Below are positions 1 through 10,000 of a DNA stretch of 64,000 nucleotides, piece after piece. Source of the stretch: a virus (taxonomy: Duplodnaviria > Caudoviricetes); IMG/VR virus record IMGVR_UViG_2799112225_000003, positions 2,968 to 66,967 of that record. One strand, given 5' to 3'. Below the pieces are notes generated by a model that did not search any database, was not told the origin of the DNA, and saw nothing but the letters and a program-made list of their open reading frames with translations. A program made the position numbers and the translations under genes. Position 1 is the stretch's first letter; each line of letters opens with the position of its first letter.

Positions 1-2
1 AG

Positions 3-233
3 TCCGACCGCGACAAGAACAATTCAGGGCGCAATCTCACCGAAGTGATGTTGTTCGAGAACTGGGGACTGCCTCAAGCTCGTTCAGCCGGACGGATTAC
101 GGATCCGACCTTACTGCCGTACAAGGGCAATGGCTTCTTGCTCTCCGGCATCGAGCTCGATACCGGAAACGATGGCACTGCAGAGTATCGGCAGGTCTGG
201 CTAGTGATTCCTGTTGAGCAAGGCGGTCCGTAG
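3..233 (+). CDS. Hypothetical protein, 5'-truncated by window edge
   Basis: Frame open from base 3 to the stop at 233 (...GFLLSGIELD...YRQVWLV). Confidence 0.55.
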   Translation, partial: SDRDKNNSGRNLTEVMLFENWGLPQARSAGRITDPTLLPYKGNGFLLSGIELDTGNDGTAEYRQVWLVIPVEQGGP

Positions 234-252
234 CGAAAGAGACAATCCGGCC

Positions 253-468
253 ATGAGCCAAACAGAATTCTTCCCCTCCGAGTCCACCATCCTCTACACG
301 CCGGCCTGGTACAGCAGTACCGCGCGCGAGGAACGCGCCCTGCCGCTCGCGCCGGGCGACTACAAGGTCACGCCTGGCCACGGCGCCGAGCGCTGGACGG
401 TCACTTCGCTGAAGGACAACACCACGGTCTACAGCGGCATCGGGCCCGTCGAGATCCGCCGCGCGTGA
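253..468 (+). CDS. Small hypothetical protein
   Basis: ATG at 253 (MSQTEFFP...), GC3-rich codons, tandem with next ORF. Confidence 0.6.
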   Translation: MSQTEFFPSESTILYTPAWYSSTAREERALPLAPGDYKVTPGHGAERWTVTSLKDNTTVYSGIGPVEIRRA

Positions 469-478
469 GAGCAACACG

Positions 479-736
479 ATGACGACCCTCTACCTGCAGA
501 TGACCGACAAGCTCTCCGCGCACTGGAGAGCCCACAACAACGCCTACCCGCGGAAGTTCGTTCTGAGCCCGGCGCTGCGCGACGAATACCTGAAATGCCT
601 GAGCTGGGTGACCGACGCGCGCGTGAGAGTGACCACCATCCCGGAGAAGCACATGGGCGTGCCCATCGAGATCGACGAGGCCTCGCCGGGCGTCATGGTG
701 GCCGCCGACGGCGCCGAGATTGCATTGCAGGGCTAG
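479..736 (+). CDS. Small hypothetical protein (85 aa)
   Basis: GAGAG upstream, typical codon usage. Confidence 0.65.
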   Translation: MTTLYLQMTDKLSAHWRAHNNAYPRKFVLSPALRDEYLKCLSWVTDARVRVTTIPEKHMGVPIEIDEASPGVMVAADGAEIALQG

Positions 737-953
737 CTTTCAGGGCGCAGTGGCTTTGGCCTAGCGCTCGCGGCTCGCGCCGGCGGCGCCGCGTTCATCA
801 GCAATGCGCGCCAGCCCTCCCCCTCGCGCACCAGGCCGGCCGAACAATTCGGCGCGCAGATCGAGCATCGGAGGCTGGCGGCCCTCGGCGCCAGCGGCGG
901 GCGCCGTGATGGCTGCACGGACGGCGGCGCCAAGACAGGCCTGGCAGCCCACT

Positions 954-1844
954 TTATTCGTCCGCGCGCGGAGGGTCGAGAGCGAGCCCGACCTGCTCAT
1001 GAGGCGAGAAATGGTTGAGCACTTTGACCACGGTGCGATCCACGCTCACCTTCGCCCCCACCTTATTCTGAATGACCTGCATCTCTACCTGCAGTGCATC
1101 CCCCTTGCCAAAGCGTTCTCCTTTGTCGACTCGCGCCAAGAAATCCCCATCAAGGATCGCCGCATTGAAGGTGGTCTGCCCGTCATTGAACCGCCACTTG
1201 TTGCCGTCTTGAAAAACCGCAGCGACGATGGTCACCGCCATGGTGACCGTGTTGTCAGATAGCTTGGTTTTCGCCACCACCGGAACGAAGAATTCGGAAT
1301 CTCTTCGGTTCACCTTCACCAGCGGACGGTCGCCTTCTCCGCGGATCGATAGTTCCTTGTAGCCATCGTGATCGAGGCCCATTTTCACGAATCGCTCAGC
1401 AGCTTCAGAGGCCTTTTCGTTCATGACAAGTGTGAGCGAATCCGTGCGGACCTGAAGGATCGTGCCGGAGTTGTTCGTCACTTGAACGTTCTGCCCTTCG
1501 TGCTTCACCTCTTTCGGGGGCTGCCCCTTGAGATGCTTCCAAAGAGAAAATGCCCCCTTGACGACCTGCCAGAGTTGATCGGGGGTAAGGGCCGTGAACA
1601 CGGTTGCCGCAGAGCCACCGACCGTGAAAACCAAGTCTGTGACGAAGGACCCCTTCTCGAATCCTGCTACTTCCGCGTGCGCTTCCGCCGCATCGCCATA
1701 TGCGCTCTTGACGGCAGCAACCATGAACTCGCTGAAGGCGATCATGTTTGCCGAGGCCTCGTAGACGCTCATACGTCCAACGTCTAAGGCGGGACCCTCG
1801 TATTTCAATGCGGCGCTTGTCTTCATGGATCGCAAGTGTCGCAT
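954..1844 (-). CDS. Moron protein of unknown function (~290 aa; start may be MKTS at 1826)
   Basis: Long ORF with globular composition, lower GC than flanks, SOS box upstream. Confidence 0.8.
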   Translation of the reverse strand: MRHLRSMKTSAALKYEGPALDVGRMSVYEASANMIAFSEFMVAAVKSAYGDAAEAHAEVAGFEKGSFVTDLVFTVGGSAATVFTALTPDQLWQVVKGAFSLWKHLKGQPPKEVKHEGQNVQVTNNSGTILQVRTDSLTLVMNEKASEAAERFVKMGLDHDGYKELSIRGEGDRPLVKVNRRDSEFFVPVVAKTKLSDNTVTMAVTIVAAVFQDGNKWRFNDGQTTFNAAILDGDFLARVDKGERFGKGDALQVEMQVIQNKVGAKVSVDRTVVKVLNHFSPHEQVGLALDPPRADE

Positions 1845-1895
1845 TTTGTTTCAATCGTTTGCCGGGAGTTTTCCCGCGAGGGCCGCTGTTAAGAA

Positions 1896-1911
1896 CTGTG
1901 CTTTTATACAG
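1896..1911. promoter_or_regulatory. LexA (SOS) box
   Basis: CTGT-GCTTTTAT-ACAG matches the beta/gammaproteobacterial CTGT-N8-ACAG consensus with an AT-rich spacer; intergenic, upstream of 954..1844. Confidence 0.75.
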
Positions 1912-1925
1912 CAACGACCGGCGCC

Positions 1926-2423
1926 TTAGCGCGGCCATGCTTCCGTCAAGGTTTGGACGTCTGAGGCGTGGGCGTCAGCTGCTCTTGCCAGTTCTTGAAC
2001 TTCAGCCGTGCACTGTCCGAGTACGTCTGTGACGGGATCGGGCGGCTGAGCTTTGGCAGCGGAAGAGGTGCTGGGCACTGGAGTGCGGCGGGTGGCAGCG
2101 AGCGCGGCGGCGCGGAGCAGCCTGTCGCGCTCAGTGCGCAGAGCATCAGCAGCGCCAACCAGCGCAGCTTCACGGTTTCGAGCGGCATTGGTCGCCTCCA
2201 GTTGTCGAGTGGTGTTTTCTGCAGCGCGGCGGTCGTTCGCGGCCTGCAGGATGCGGGTGCTTTCGGAGACCGACAGTTGGTAGTCGGCCAGCTCCCTGCG
2301 CGCGGTGGCGGCGTCGGCCCGCGCACCTGCCGCGCGGGTCCGCTCGACACCGGCGGTCAGCAGTGCTCCGGCGAGGCCCAGGCAGAGGGCCCAGAGCATG
2401 GGGGTACGAAGGTCGGGCAGCAT
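1926..2423 (-). CDS. Rz: i-spanin (Rz-like)
   Basis: N-terminal TM (MLWALCLGLAGALLTAGV), Ala/Arg coiled coil, directly after endolysin, GGAG RBS. Confidence 0.85.
   Translation of the reverse strand: MLPDLRTPMLWALCLGLAGALLTAGVERTRAAGARADAATARRELADYQLSVSESTRILQAANDRRAAENTTRQLEATNAARNREAALVGAADALRTERDRLLRAAALAATRRTPVPSTSSAAKAQPPDPVTDVLGQCTAEVQELARAADAHASDVQTLTEAWPR
1946..2188 (-). CDS. Rz1: o-spanin lipoprotein embedded in Rz (+1 frame)
   Basis: Signal peptide with lipobox LSATG-C, Pro-rich mature part, fully nested in Rz. Confidence 0.8.
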   Translation of the reverse strand: MPLETVKLRWLALLMLCALSATGCSAPPRSLPPAALQCPAPLPLPKLSRPIPSQTYSDSARLKFKNWQEQLTPTPQTSKP

Positions 2424-2431
2424 GGAGCCTC

Positions 2432-2992
2432 CTACTGCGCGGCAATGCAGGCCTGATGCCGCGCCTGCTGTCGCAACCACACGCCCTTGCAGCCTTTGGG
2501 GCCCCAGTTCTGCGGCTGCTTGCAATCCCGCCCGGCCTGAAAGCGCCAGCTGAGCAGCGCATCGCACGCCGCACGCGGCCGCCCGGCGAGCAACTCGCGC
2601 CGCATGCTGGAGCCCGACCAGTTGGGCATGCCGTACTGGCCCACGAAGTCCATGTAGAGATCGAACTCGTCCTGCGTCATGGCCACACCTGGTAGAGAGG
2701 CGGCGAAGCGTCGCTCCTCGGATCGGTTGAGGTTGCGTGCGAGCTCTTCAGCGCGTCGGCGGGTAATGGGCGGGTCGGCCAACGTCACGCGGGTGCCGTC
2801 TTCGTAGCGGGTTGAGCCATGCCCGATGGTCGGCACGTCGCCTTGCGTCGGTATGTAGGGGTGCAGTACTTCCACTCCGTCTCCGCGCACAGTGACCGGC
2901 CCGTCGCCCTCGTGGGCCTTCCAGGCGCCAAAGCCTGCGATAGACAGCGTGAGTGCTGCCACCGCAACGCGCGCACGATTCGGGGCGGCCAT
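2432..2992 (-). CDS. SAR-type endolysin, phage lysozyme (GH24)
   Basis: Weakly hydrophobic N-terminus (VAVAALTLSIAGFGAW), HEG...PYIPTQGDVPTIGHG, C-terminal GCKGVWLR; TGATG overlap with holin. Confidence 0.9.
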   Translation of the reverse strand: MAAPNRARVAVAALTLSIAGFGAWKAHEGDGPVTVRGDGVEVLHPYIPTQGDVPTIGHGSTRYEDGTRVTLADPPITRRRAEELARNLNRSEERRFAASLPGVAMTQDEFDLYMDFVGQYGMPNWSGSSMRRELLAGRPRAACDALLSWRFQAGRDCKQPQNWGPKGCKGVWLRQQARHQACIAAQ

Positions 2993-3303
2993 CAGTCGCT
3001 CTCGGTGGGGCGCAGCGCTGCCCATTCGCTTGGGGTGAGCACCAGGCGGGGCTTCGGCTTGATCCAGCCGAGTCGCTCGAAGAACGGCCGCCAGAATTTC
3101 TTCCAGCAGAACTCTGCGAGGAGCGCGAGCGTGTAGATGGCGGCGGCGGCAGAGGCGATGTTCGGCCAGTTCAGCACGAACAGGTCGGAAAAGATCGATG
3201 TCGCCTTGGAGGCGCTTTCCACGACCTGCGCGCCGGCGGCGGATGCGATCGCGGCCCCGGCCTTGATGGCCGGCGCGCTGATGGTGGTGGGGTCTTCGTT
3301 CAT
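2992..3303 (-). CDS. Putative holin
   Basis: Small membrane protein (NIASAAAAIYTLALLAEFCW) with basic C-terminus, immediately upstream of endolysin. Confidence 0.7.
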   Translation of the reverse strand: MNEDPTTISAPAIKAGAAIASAAGAQVVESASKATSIFSDLFVLNWPNIASAAAAIYTLALLAEFCWKKFWRPFFERLGWIKPKPRLVLTPSEWAALRPTESD

Positions 3304-3309
3304 GCCCGC

Positions 3310-3351
3310 ATGATTCCGAGAGAAGCGCCACCGGGCCAACCCCAGAGGGGG
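3310..3351 (-). promoter_or_regulatory. Putative phage late promoter, copy 1 (lysis cassette)
   Basis: CCCCCTCTGGGGTT-N20-GGAATCAT, then 6 nt to holin ATG; motif recurs six times before late units. Confidence 0.65.
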
Positions 3352-3401
3352 CCCGCCGCAGCCTATACATAATTGCCTCTCACCTTCGCTCGGGACACAC
3401 C

Positions 3402-4001
3402 ATGGCTCTCACCCAACAGGAACTGGTCGAACAGCTGAAGCGTCAGCTGGTCTTCCTCGAAAACTCTTCAGCGGCATTCGACGCAGGGCACCAGATCGAG
3501 GCCATTCGAATCGGCGTCATCCTGCGAGTCCTTTTTCACGACACCGGCAAATCGACGTCGTTGCTAAAGCTGCTAGGCCAGAAAGGAACTGTGCAAGTTG
3601 TCACCTCCGCAAAGAAAATACCTGCGGGTATGGCATTTGACTTTGGCGTGCTTCTTGCCGGAGAAGGTTTCGGCGACACCATCTATCCCAGCCCATTGGA
3701 AGCGGGCTCTCCCTCGGTCACCGCTGATCGTTGGTGGAAGGAAGAGATATTCACCCGAGACGGAGTGAATTACACCCGCGAGCAGGTAGCCCTCGCGGCC
3801 GCCCACAAGGATGGGGGAGCGCACGTCGATGAACCAGATGCCGACTTGAAAGCTTTCAGGGAGCCTTTCTGGCAGAAGACGACTACACACCCCGACGGCA
3901 CCAAGACACAGGAGGGGGTCGACAACAACCACTTCCGGATGCTTCGCCGCCTCGCTGACGAACTGCTCAACAGCCCGGACCTCAAAGCGCTCGCGATCTG
4001 A
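3402..4001 (+). CDS. Moron; helical protein, possibly HEPN-like
   Basis: Opposite strand to the late operon; EAIRIGVILRVLFHD and TREQVALAAAHKDGGAHVD motifs; GGGA RBS. Confidence 0.75.
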   Translation: MALTQQELVEQLKRQLVFLENSSAAFDAGHQIEAIRIGVILRVLFHDTGKSTSLLKLLGQKGTVQVVTSAKKIPAGMAFDFGVLLAGEGFGDTIYPSPLEAGSPSVTADRWWKEEIFTRDGVNYTREQVALAAAHKDGGAHVDEPDADLKAFREPFWQKTTTHPDGTKTQEGVDNNHFRMLRRLADELLNSPDLKALAI

Positions 4002-4044
4002 AGTCCGGAGTCTTGTGAGACGGTGACCACTGCTTCAATCTGCG

Positions 4045-7000
4045 CTAAACGCCTTCCGCGCGTGCCCGGGCCACATCCTCGCGCATCTGAACACGCATAG
4101 CTTTAGGTGCGGTATCAGCAATGCGTTGATCCTTTGACTTCTGCATCTCGCGCACCCGGCGCATCACGTCGGGGATGCGCACCAGCATCGGCTGCTCGGG
4201 GTTCTTTCGGTTCCATGCGGCCACCTGGTCGCGAGCATCCTGCACCTTTTGCTGGTCGCCCTCGAAGATGCCTTGAGCCCACATCGCACGGATTTCCTGC
4301 GCCCGCAGGTTGTAGAAGGCCTTCGCGCCCTGGTTGATGCCGTTCGCCTCCTGGATGGTGGCGACGCTGTTGGGCTGGAAGCCGATGGTCTTCAGCGTCG
4401 CCTCCAGCGTGTTCGTGTCCAGCACCTTGTAGCCCTTGGCGTCCCGGTACATGCCGGTCGCAGCCATGTCCGCGCCTTTGGCGGCGTTGCGCACCGCGGC
4501 CGGAGACATTTCCAGCAGCCCAGCACCAACGTCGCCAGTCAGCACGCTACGACCACCCGAGAGGATGCGGCTGGCGAAGTCGCCGGCCGGGCCCGCGATC
4601 TCCAACAGGTCGCGCGAGTGGCTGGTCTTCTCCAGCAACAGGCCGGTGCCCGGGATCAGGTTCCCCATCCCGAGGCGGCCCGACACATCCAGCGGCGCGC
4701 CGGGCAGGCCGCTCACGCCCTTGTCGATGAACTGCGCAATCGGCTTCGGCAGCAGGCTCTCCAGGAAATCCTGGCGGGCCTTCTTCGTCGAGAAGTTGTA
4801 GCCCAGCATCTGCGCCAGCGCGTCGACGGCATCCTCCAGGTCTTCCTCGAAGGGCAGCCCGCCGGCGCCGCCCATCAGCATCAGCATGCCCAGCGCCAAC
4901 AGCGCGGCGCGCTTGCCCTCCGGGCCGCCTTGCGTGTACATGCGGTGCAGCAGCTCGAGGTAGGCCACGCTGTAGGTCTTGAAGGTCATCAGCGTGCCGC
5001 CGATGGCTCCGCGGCCCCACTCCATCTTGTTCGCCTTGCTGTAGAGGAACTGCGTTTCCGTGATGGCCTTGCGTGCGAAGCCCGCCGGGTCTTCCATGCC
5101 CTGCGCCTTGGCCGTCCGGTAGGCGGCAACGAAGGTGACTCGGCGGTTCACCTGCTCGGCGGCGCCGAACAGCTTGCCCCACGCCAGCGAGAGGCGCGAA
5201 AGGGCGTTCTGCCCCATCGCGCGCAGCTCGCCGCCTCGTGTGCCGTCGCCCGAGCGCAGCGAGCTCGCGCCGCGCGCCTGGGCCATCAGCTGGTGCACCT
5301 CCTGCGGGCTCACGGTGCCTTCGTCCTCGGCGCGCTTGAGCGCCGCCGCGAGATCCGGCTCGTACTGGAAGCCGCGCGTGGCGATGTTCTTCGCCGCCCT
5401 GCCGATCTGCGCAGCGGCCGCGCGCGCCCCGCCGTACTGGCTCAGCCACGGCAAGGTCACGGCGACAGGCTGAGTCATGTTCACGAACGCCGACGCCACC
5501 GAGCCGCCCAGGTACTGCGCGAACAGCAGACCTCTCACGGCCTGGGCCTCCTCCTGCGGGTTCTTCACATACTCGGCCAGGCGCACTGCAGCGTCTTTCA
5601 GCTCGCCCTGCTCCTTCGGGATGGCCTGCACCGCCTCGCCGAGATCGCCCATGTGCAATCCTGCGGCCGTCTGGCGCGCGTTCGAGTAGATGAACGAGGC
5701 CAGCACCCGGCCCACGTCCTCGCTGAAGCCGGCGATGCCCTTGCGGTGGATCAGCCGGCGCATGGCACTGCGGTTGGTCTTCGTCAGCCGCAGGTATTCC
5801 TGGAATGCCTGGTCCTGCGCGCTGTCACCGGTCGAATCAAGGCCGAGGGCATTGCCGAACAGTTCCAACGTCTCGGGCGTCACGCCAGCGAAGAGCTTGA
5901 AGGCCTCCTCCGAGAGCGTGCCCTGGGTGACAGTGGCATCGCCGAACTCCTCCCGCATCTTCGTGGCCATGTTGTTTGCCTCGCGCGCCGTCTCGAAGAG
6001 GCCGAAGTACTGCCGCTCGCCGGCAGCGTCCACCACATCGACCGAGTAGCGCCCGAAGCGCGACAGCGGCGCATACCCGCGGGCCTGCAGGTCGCGCACC
6101 TTGTCGGCCCGGTCGATGATGCCGTTGGCGGTGTTCAGGATCTGCGTCGCGCGGTCAGGCTGCTCGTTGGCCAGCTGCACCAGATGATCGCGCAGCAGCA
6201 CGGCGGCTGCCTGCACGTCTGGCGCATCCATCACCATGCCACGCATGGCCTTGGCGTCGTCGCCCACGAACCGCAGCATGTCGGCGCGCGCCATCGTGTC
6301 TAGGCTCCGGTCGGTCGTCTCGCGGAACTCGTGGTAGAGAGCGATCTGGTCGTCGGAGAGTTTGAACATGGAGCGCAGCTCCGCATCCGTCCAGACGACG
6401 CCCGGCTGCAGCATGCGCGACTCGAAGCGCGTGTTGATGGCCTTCTCATAGGACTCCAGGGGCATGCCCTGCCAGGCCTTCAGCATGCGCTCGTCGATCT
6501 GCCCGTTTCGCAGCAGGCGCTGCGCCTTCTGGTCGGCCGTCAGCTCTGCCGCGGCGTCGATGAGCGACTGCACCGGCACCGGCTTGCCCTGTTCGTCACG
6601 CGCCCAGGTCAGCGTGCCCTCGAAGACCGGCTTCGCCACCGCCGCGTTGTCGGCCGCGGCCACCGGCGCTTTCTTGATGTCGCGCCACGTCTCCAGCTTC
6701 GGCAGAAGCTTGGGTGCCAATTCGGCCGCGTCGTTGGCGTAGAAGCTCACGTCGTCCACGAAGCCCTGCGCCGAATCGAACACCGCCTTGAAGGCCGGCG
6801 AGCGCTCCGCGAGGTTGTACATGGTGCCGACCGTCTTGTGCCACCACGACAGCTTGCCGGGAGCGGTGAAGGTCTTGTTGAGCTCCGCCGTGGCCTTCTT
6901 CGCGAAGTCCTGCACCGTGGACCGGCTAAACCGGATGTCCGGGTTGCCGCCGTCGAAGGCCCCGCTGTTGCCGATGGCCGACTTCACCTGGGTAGGCTCG

Positions 7001-10000
7001 AAGGCCACGATCTCTAACGAGCCATCCTCGGCCGTGAGGGTCACGCCGTCGTGCCCCATCGCGCGCAGGTTCGACGTGAACCGGTCCACCTGCGCCTGCG
7101 TCGCCCGCTTCAGCCGAGCCTTGATTTCCGGGGTGGCAACGTAGGGGTTCGTGACTGCGAAGTACAGGGGCATAACGCGCGGTCCGCCCTGACCGCGCTT
7201 CGCGCCGGCATAGTAGTTCGCGTCCGTCGCGTCGCTCGCACCGTAGACGCCGCGGCCGAGCCAGCCTACGTCTTTTCGGTTTGGGTGCTCGGTATCGAAG
7301 GCGGCGAAGTCGTCGCGCGTGCCGTGGAAAAATACGAGCGGGCGGCCTTGCGCATCAACGGGTCCGAGTCGCCCAGGTGCGCCGCCATCTCGGCCGGGCC
7401 CACCGGCGGCAGCTCCGCCAACAGCTCCTCCAGATCCTTGCGTGCCGCTTCGGGTGTCTTTGAGGCTTCCATCCTGCCCACTGTACCAGTGCCAGAAGTT
7501 CGCGACACCTTCGTCGTTCGAGGCGATGGGGGCGCCCAGGCTATTGGCCGTGGCGGGGCCAGCCTCGCCACGGCTGAATCGCAGGCCGTCGCCGGGCCCA
7601 CCGTCCGGACCGCCCTGCTCGACGAAACGGCGGGCGGGCAGGATGAAGTTGCGCACGATCTCGTCATCCGTCATACGCAGGTTGCTGAAGCCCGGCACGT
7701 GCTGGCGCAGCCATGTGCGGATAGCAGCGATCGCGCGGCGCACGAAGTGCAGCTCGGGGTGGGTCTGCGCCATCTCGGCCAAGACTTCCTCCGCCGCGGC
7801 GCGCCGGTCCAGCTTGTTGACGCCGCGCAGGCCGTATTCCTCGATCTTCGCGTCCACGTCAGCCCGACGCATCGTGCCGATCTGGTTCAGCACCTCATCC
7901 AGCCCCTTCCCGAACTGGCCGCGCAGCCCGTGATGGCCCAGTACTTCATGGAAGAGGACGCGCGCAGCGTCGTTGGCCGTAGGAAGCCGCGAAGCCATCA
8001 GGTAGGCCTTGCCGCGATAGTAGAAGCCCTCGGGGGCACCACGCGCGCCGCCGCTGCGCTGCTTGAGGTCGGCGCGCCGGGCCGCCTCGGGCACAACGGG
8101 GTCGCCCATGTCGAAAGCAACGATCACCTCGGGCCCGTTGCCCCAGCCGGCGCGGATCGCCTCGACGGTCTTGGTCACGGACGCCACCGCCTGTGCCCGC
8201 GCCTGGGGCGAATAGTTGGGCAGCAGCGCACGCATCGCCCTCGCCGCCTCGGGCGACAGCATTTCGGTCCCGTCGCGCCGGAACTGCGCGTCGTCGGCGG
8301 GGCCACCGAACTCCTCGAGCGCATCCCCGAATCCTTGCTCGGTGAGCTGCTGACGCTGCTCGGCCATGGCCTTCTGCAACGCGGGCCGCTGATTCAGCGG
8401 GATGTCCGGCCCCTTCGCCACCAGCCGGCGCTGCACGCGGCGGTGCGCCTCACGCGCTACCTCCAGCTCCTTCGCCTGAGCGAACGGCTTGCCGGCCTGC
8501 TCGCGCAACTGCACCGCCGACTGCTTCGCCTCCGCGATCTTGGCGTCCAGGTCGACGATGTGCGCCGGAAGTCGATTGATGTAGTTGCCGAAGCGGGTCA
8601 GGATGCCAGCCGCCGACGGCAGCACGTCCCTGGCCGGCCGGTAGGAGTCCAAGCCGCCCGTGGGCGAGTTGAGCTCCACGTGGTCGGGCGTTCCTTCCAG
8701 CATGAAGGTCACGCCGCGGTACTGGAATTCCTCCTGCCCACCGCTCACGAACACGCGGTCGATGCCACGCTTGACGGCCTTGATCGCCGCCTCACGGTCA
8801 GTGATCGTCTTCCCGGCGACGGTCAGGCCGGCGAAGCCATCCTTGGGCACCGGGTGGGCTTCTGCTGCGGCCTGCAGCGCGCGGAACGTGTCCAGCTCCT
8901 TCGGTCCCCAGTCTTGCGCGAAGCGCTGCTGGTCGCGCGCCTGGCGCACCATCGCCGCAGTTTCGTCAGCGTGGGAGGCCTGCAGTGACTCCAGGCGGCG
9001 CACGTCGTTGCGGAGCCGGGTCTCTTCCAGGATGAGCGGGTCGCCCGATGCGGCGGCCTTCATGTCGGCCGCGTTGGCGGCCTCGCCCTCGATGTCGTCG
9101 ATCTCGTTGAGCGTGCCGTCGTACTTGCGCAGCTGCTCGATGCCGCGTGCCTTGTGTTCCAGGATCTGCCAGCGGCGCGTGTCGTAGGTCTGCTCGGTGG
9201 CGTAGCGGTAGATTTCCACCTCGAAGCCGTCCGGGTCACGGGCATAGAGCGCGTTGCCGCGGCGGATGATGCGGCCCTCGCGCTGCTCCAGGTCGCTCGG
9301 CCGCCACGGCGCGTCGATGTGGTGCAGCCCGACGAGGCGCTCCTGCACGTTGGTGCCTGCACCCATCTTCGGAGTGGAGCCCAACAGGAAACGGATGTCG
9401 CCCCGATTCACCGCCTTGAACAGCTTGTCCTTCGCCGCGGGCGTGTTGTAGTCGTGGATGAACGCGATCTCGCGCTCGGGCACGCCGCGGGCCATCAGCT
9501 TGCCCTTGATATCGTCGTACACCGAGAACGCGGTAGCCCCCGACATGCCCGCGATGTCTGCCAGCGAGATCGATTCGGTTTCCTCGGTGTCGATCTCGTT
9601 GGCGTTGTTGTAGTCGTCGATCTCGTCTTGCTGGAGGTCGCCGATGCGGTCCCGCGCGTCGATCCAGCGCTGACGGCGGCTGTCATCGTTCAGAGCCTGG
9701 GCCGCCCAATCGGTCGCAATGCCCTTGGCCGGCAGACCTGCGTGCACGCGCAGGCCGGTGGCCGCGTCGTAGATGGTGAAGGCCTTGGCGTCTTTGCCGC
9801 CCTCCTTCACCACGAAGAACGGCAGGTCTTCGTGGCCGCGCACCGTGTGCATCGTGCCCTTCTTGTGCACCAGCGCGCCTTCGTCGCGCACGTAGACGCG
9901 CCGCTCCTTGCTGCCGAAGCCGCTACGCGCCGACAGCGGCACGGAGAGGTCGCAGAAGACCAGTTGCGTTCCACGGTCGGCGGTCCACTTCTGGTAGGTG

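Noticed and set aside
733-1000. Short minus-strand ORFs between the left-end genes
   Set aside because: No RBS or recognisable motif; possibly a gene remnant but unsupported
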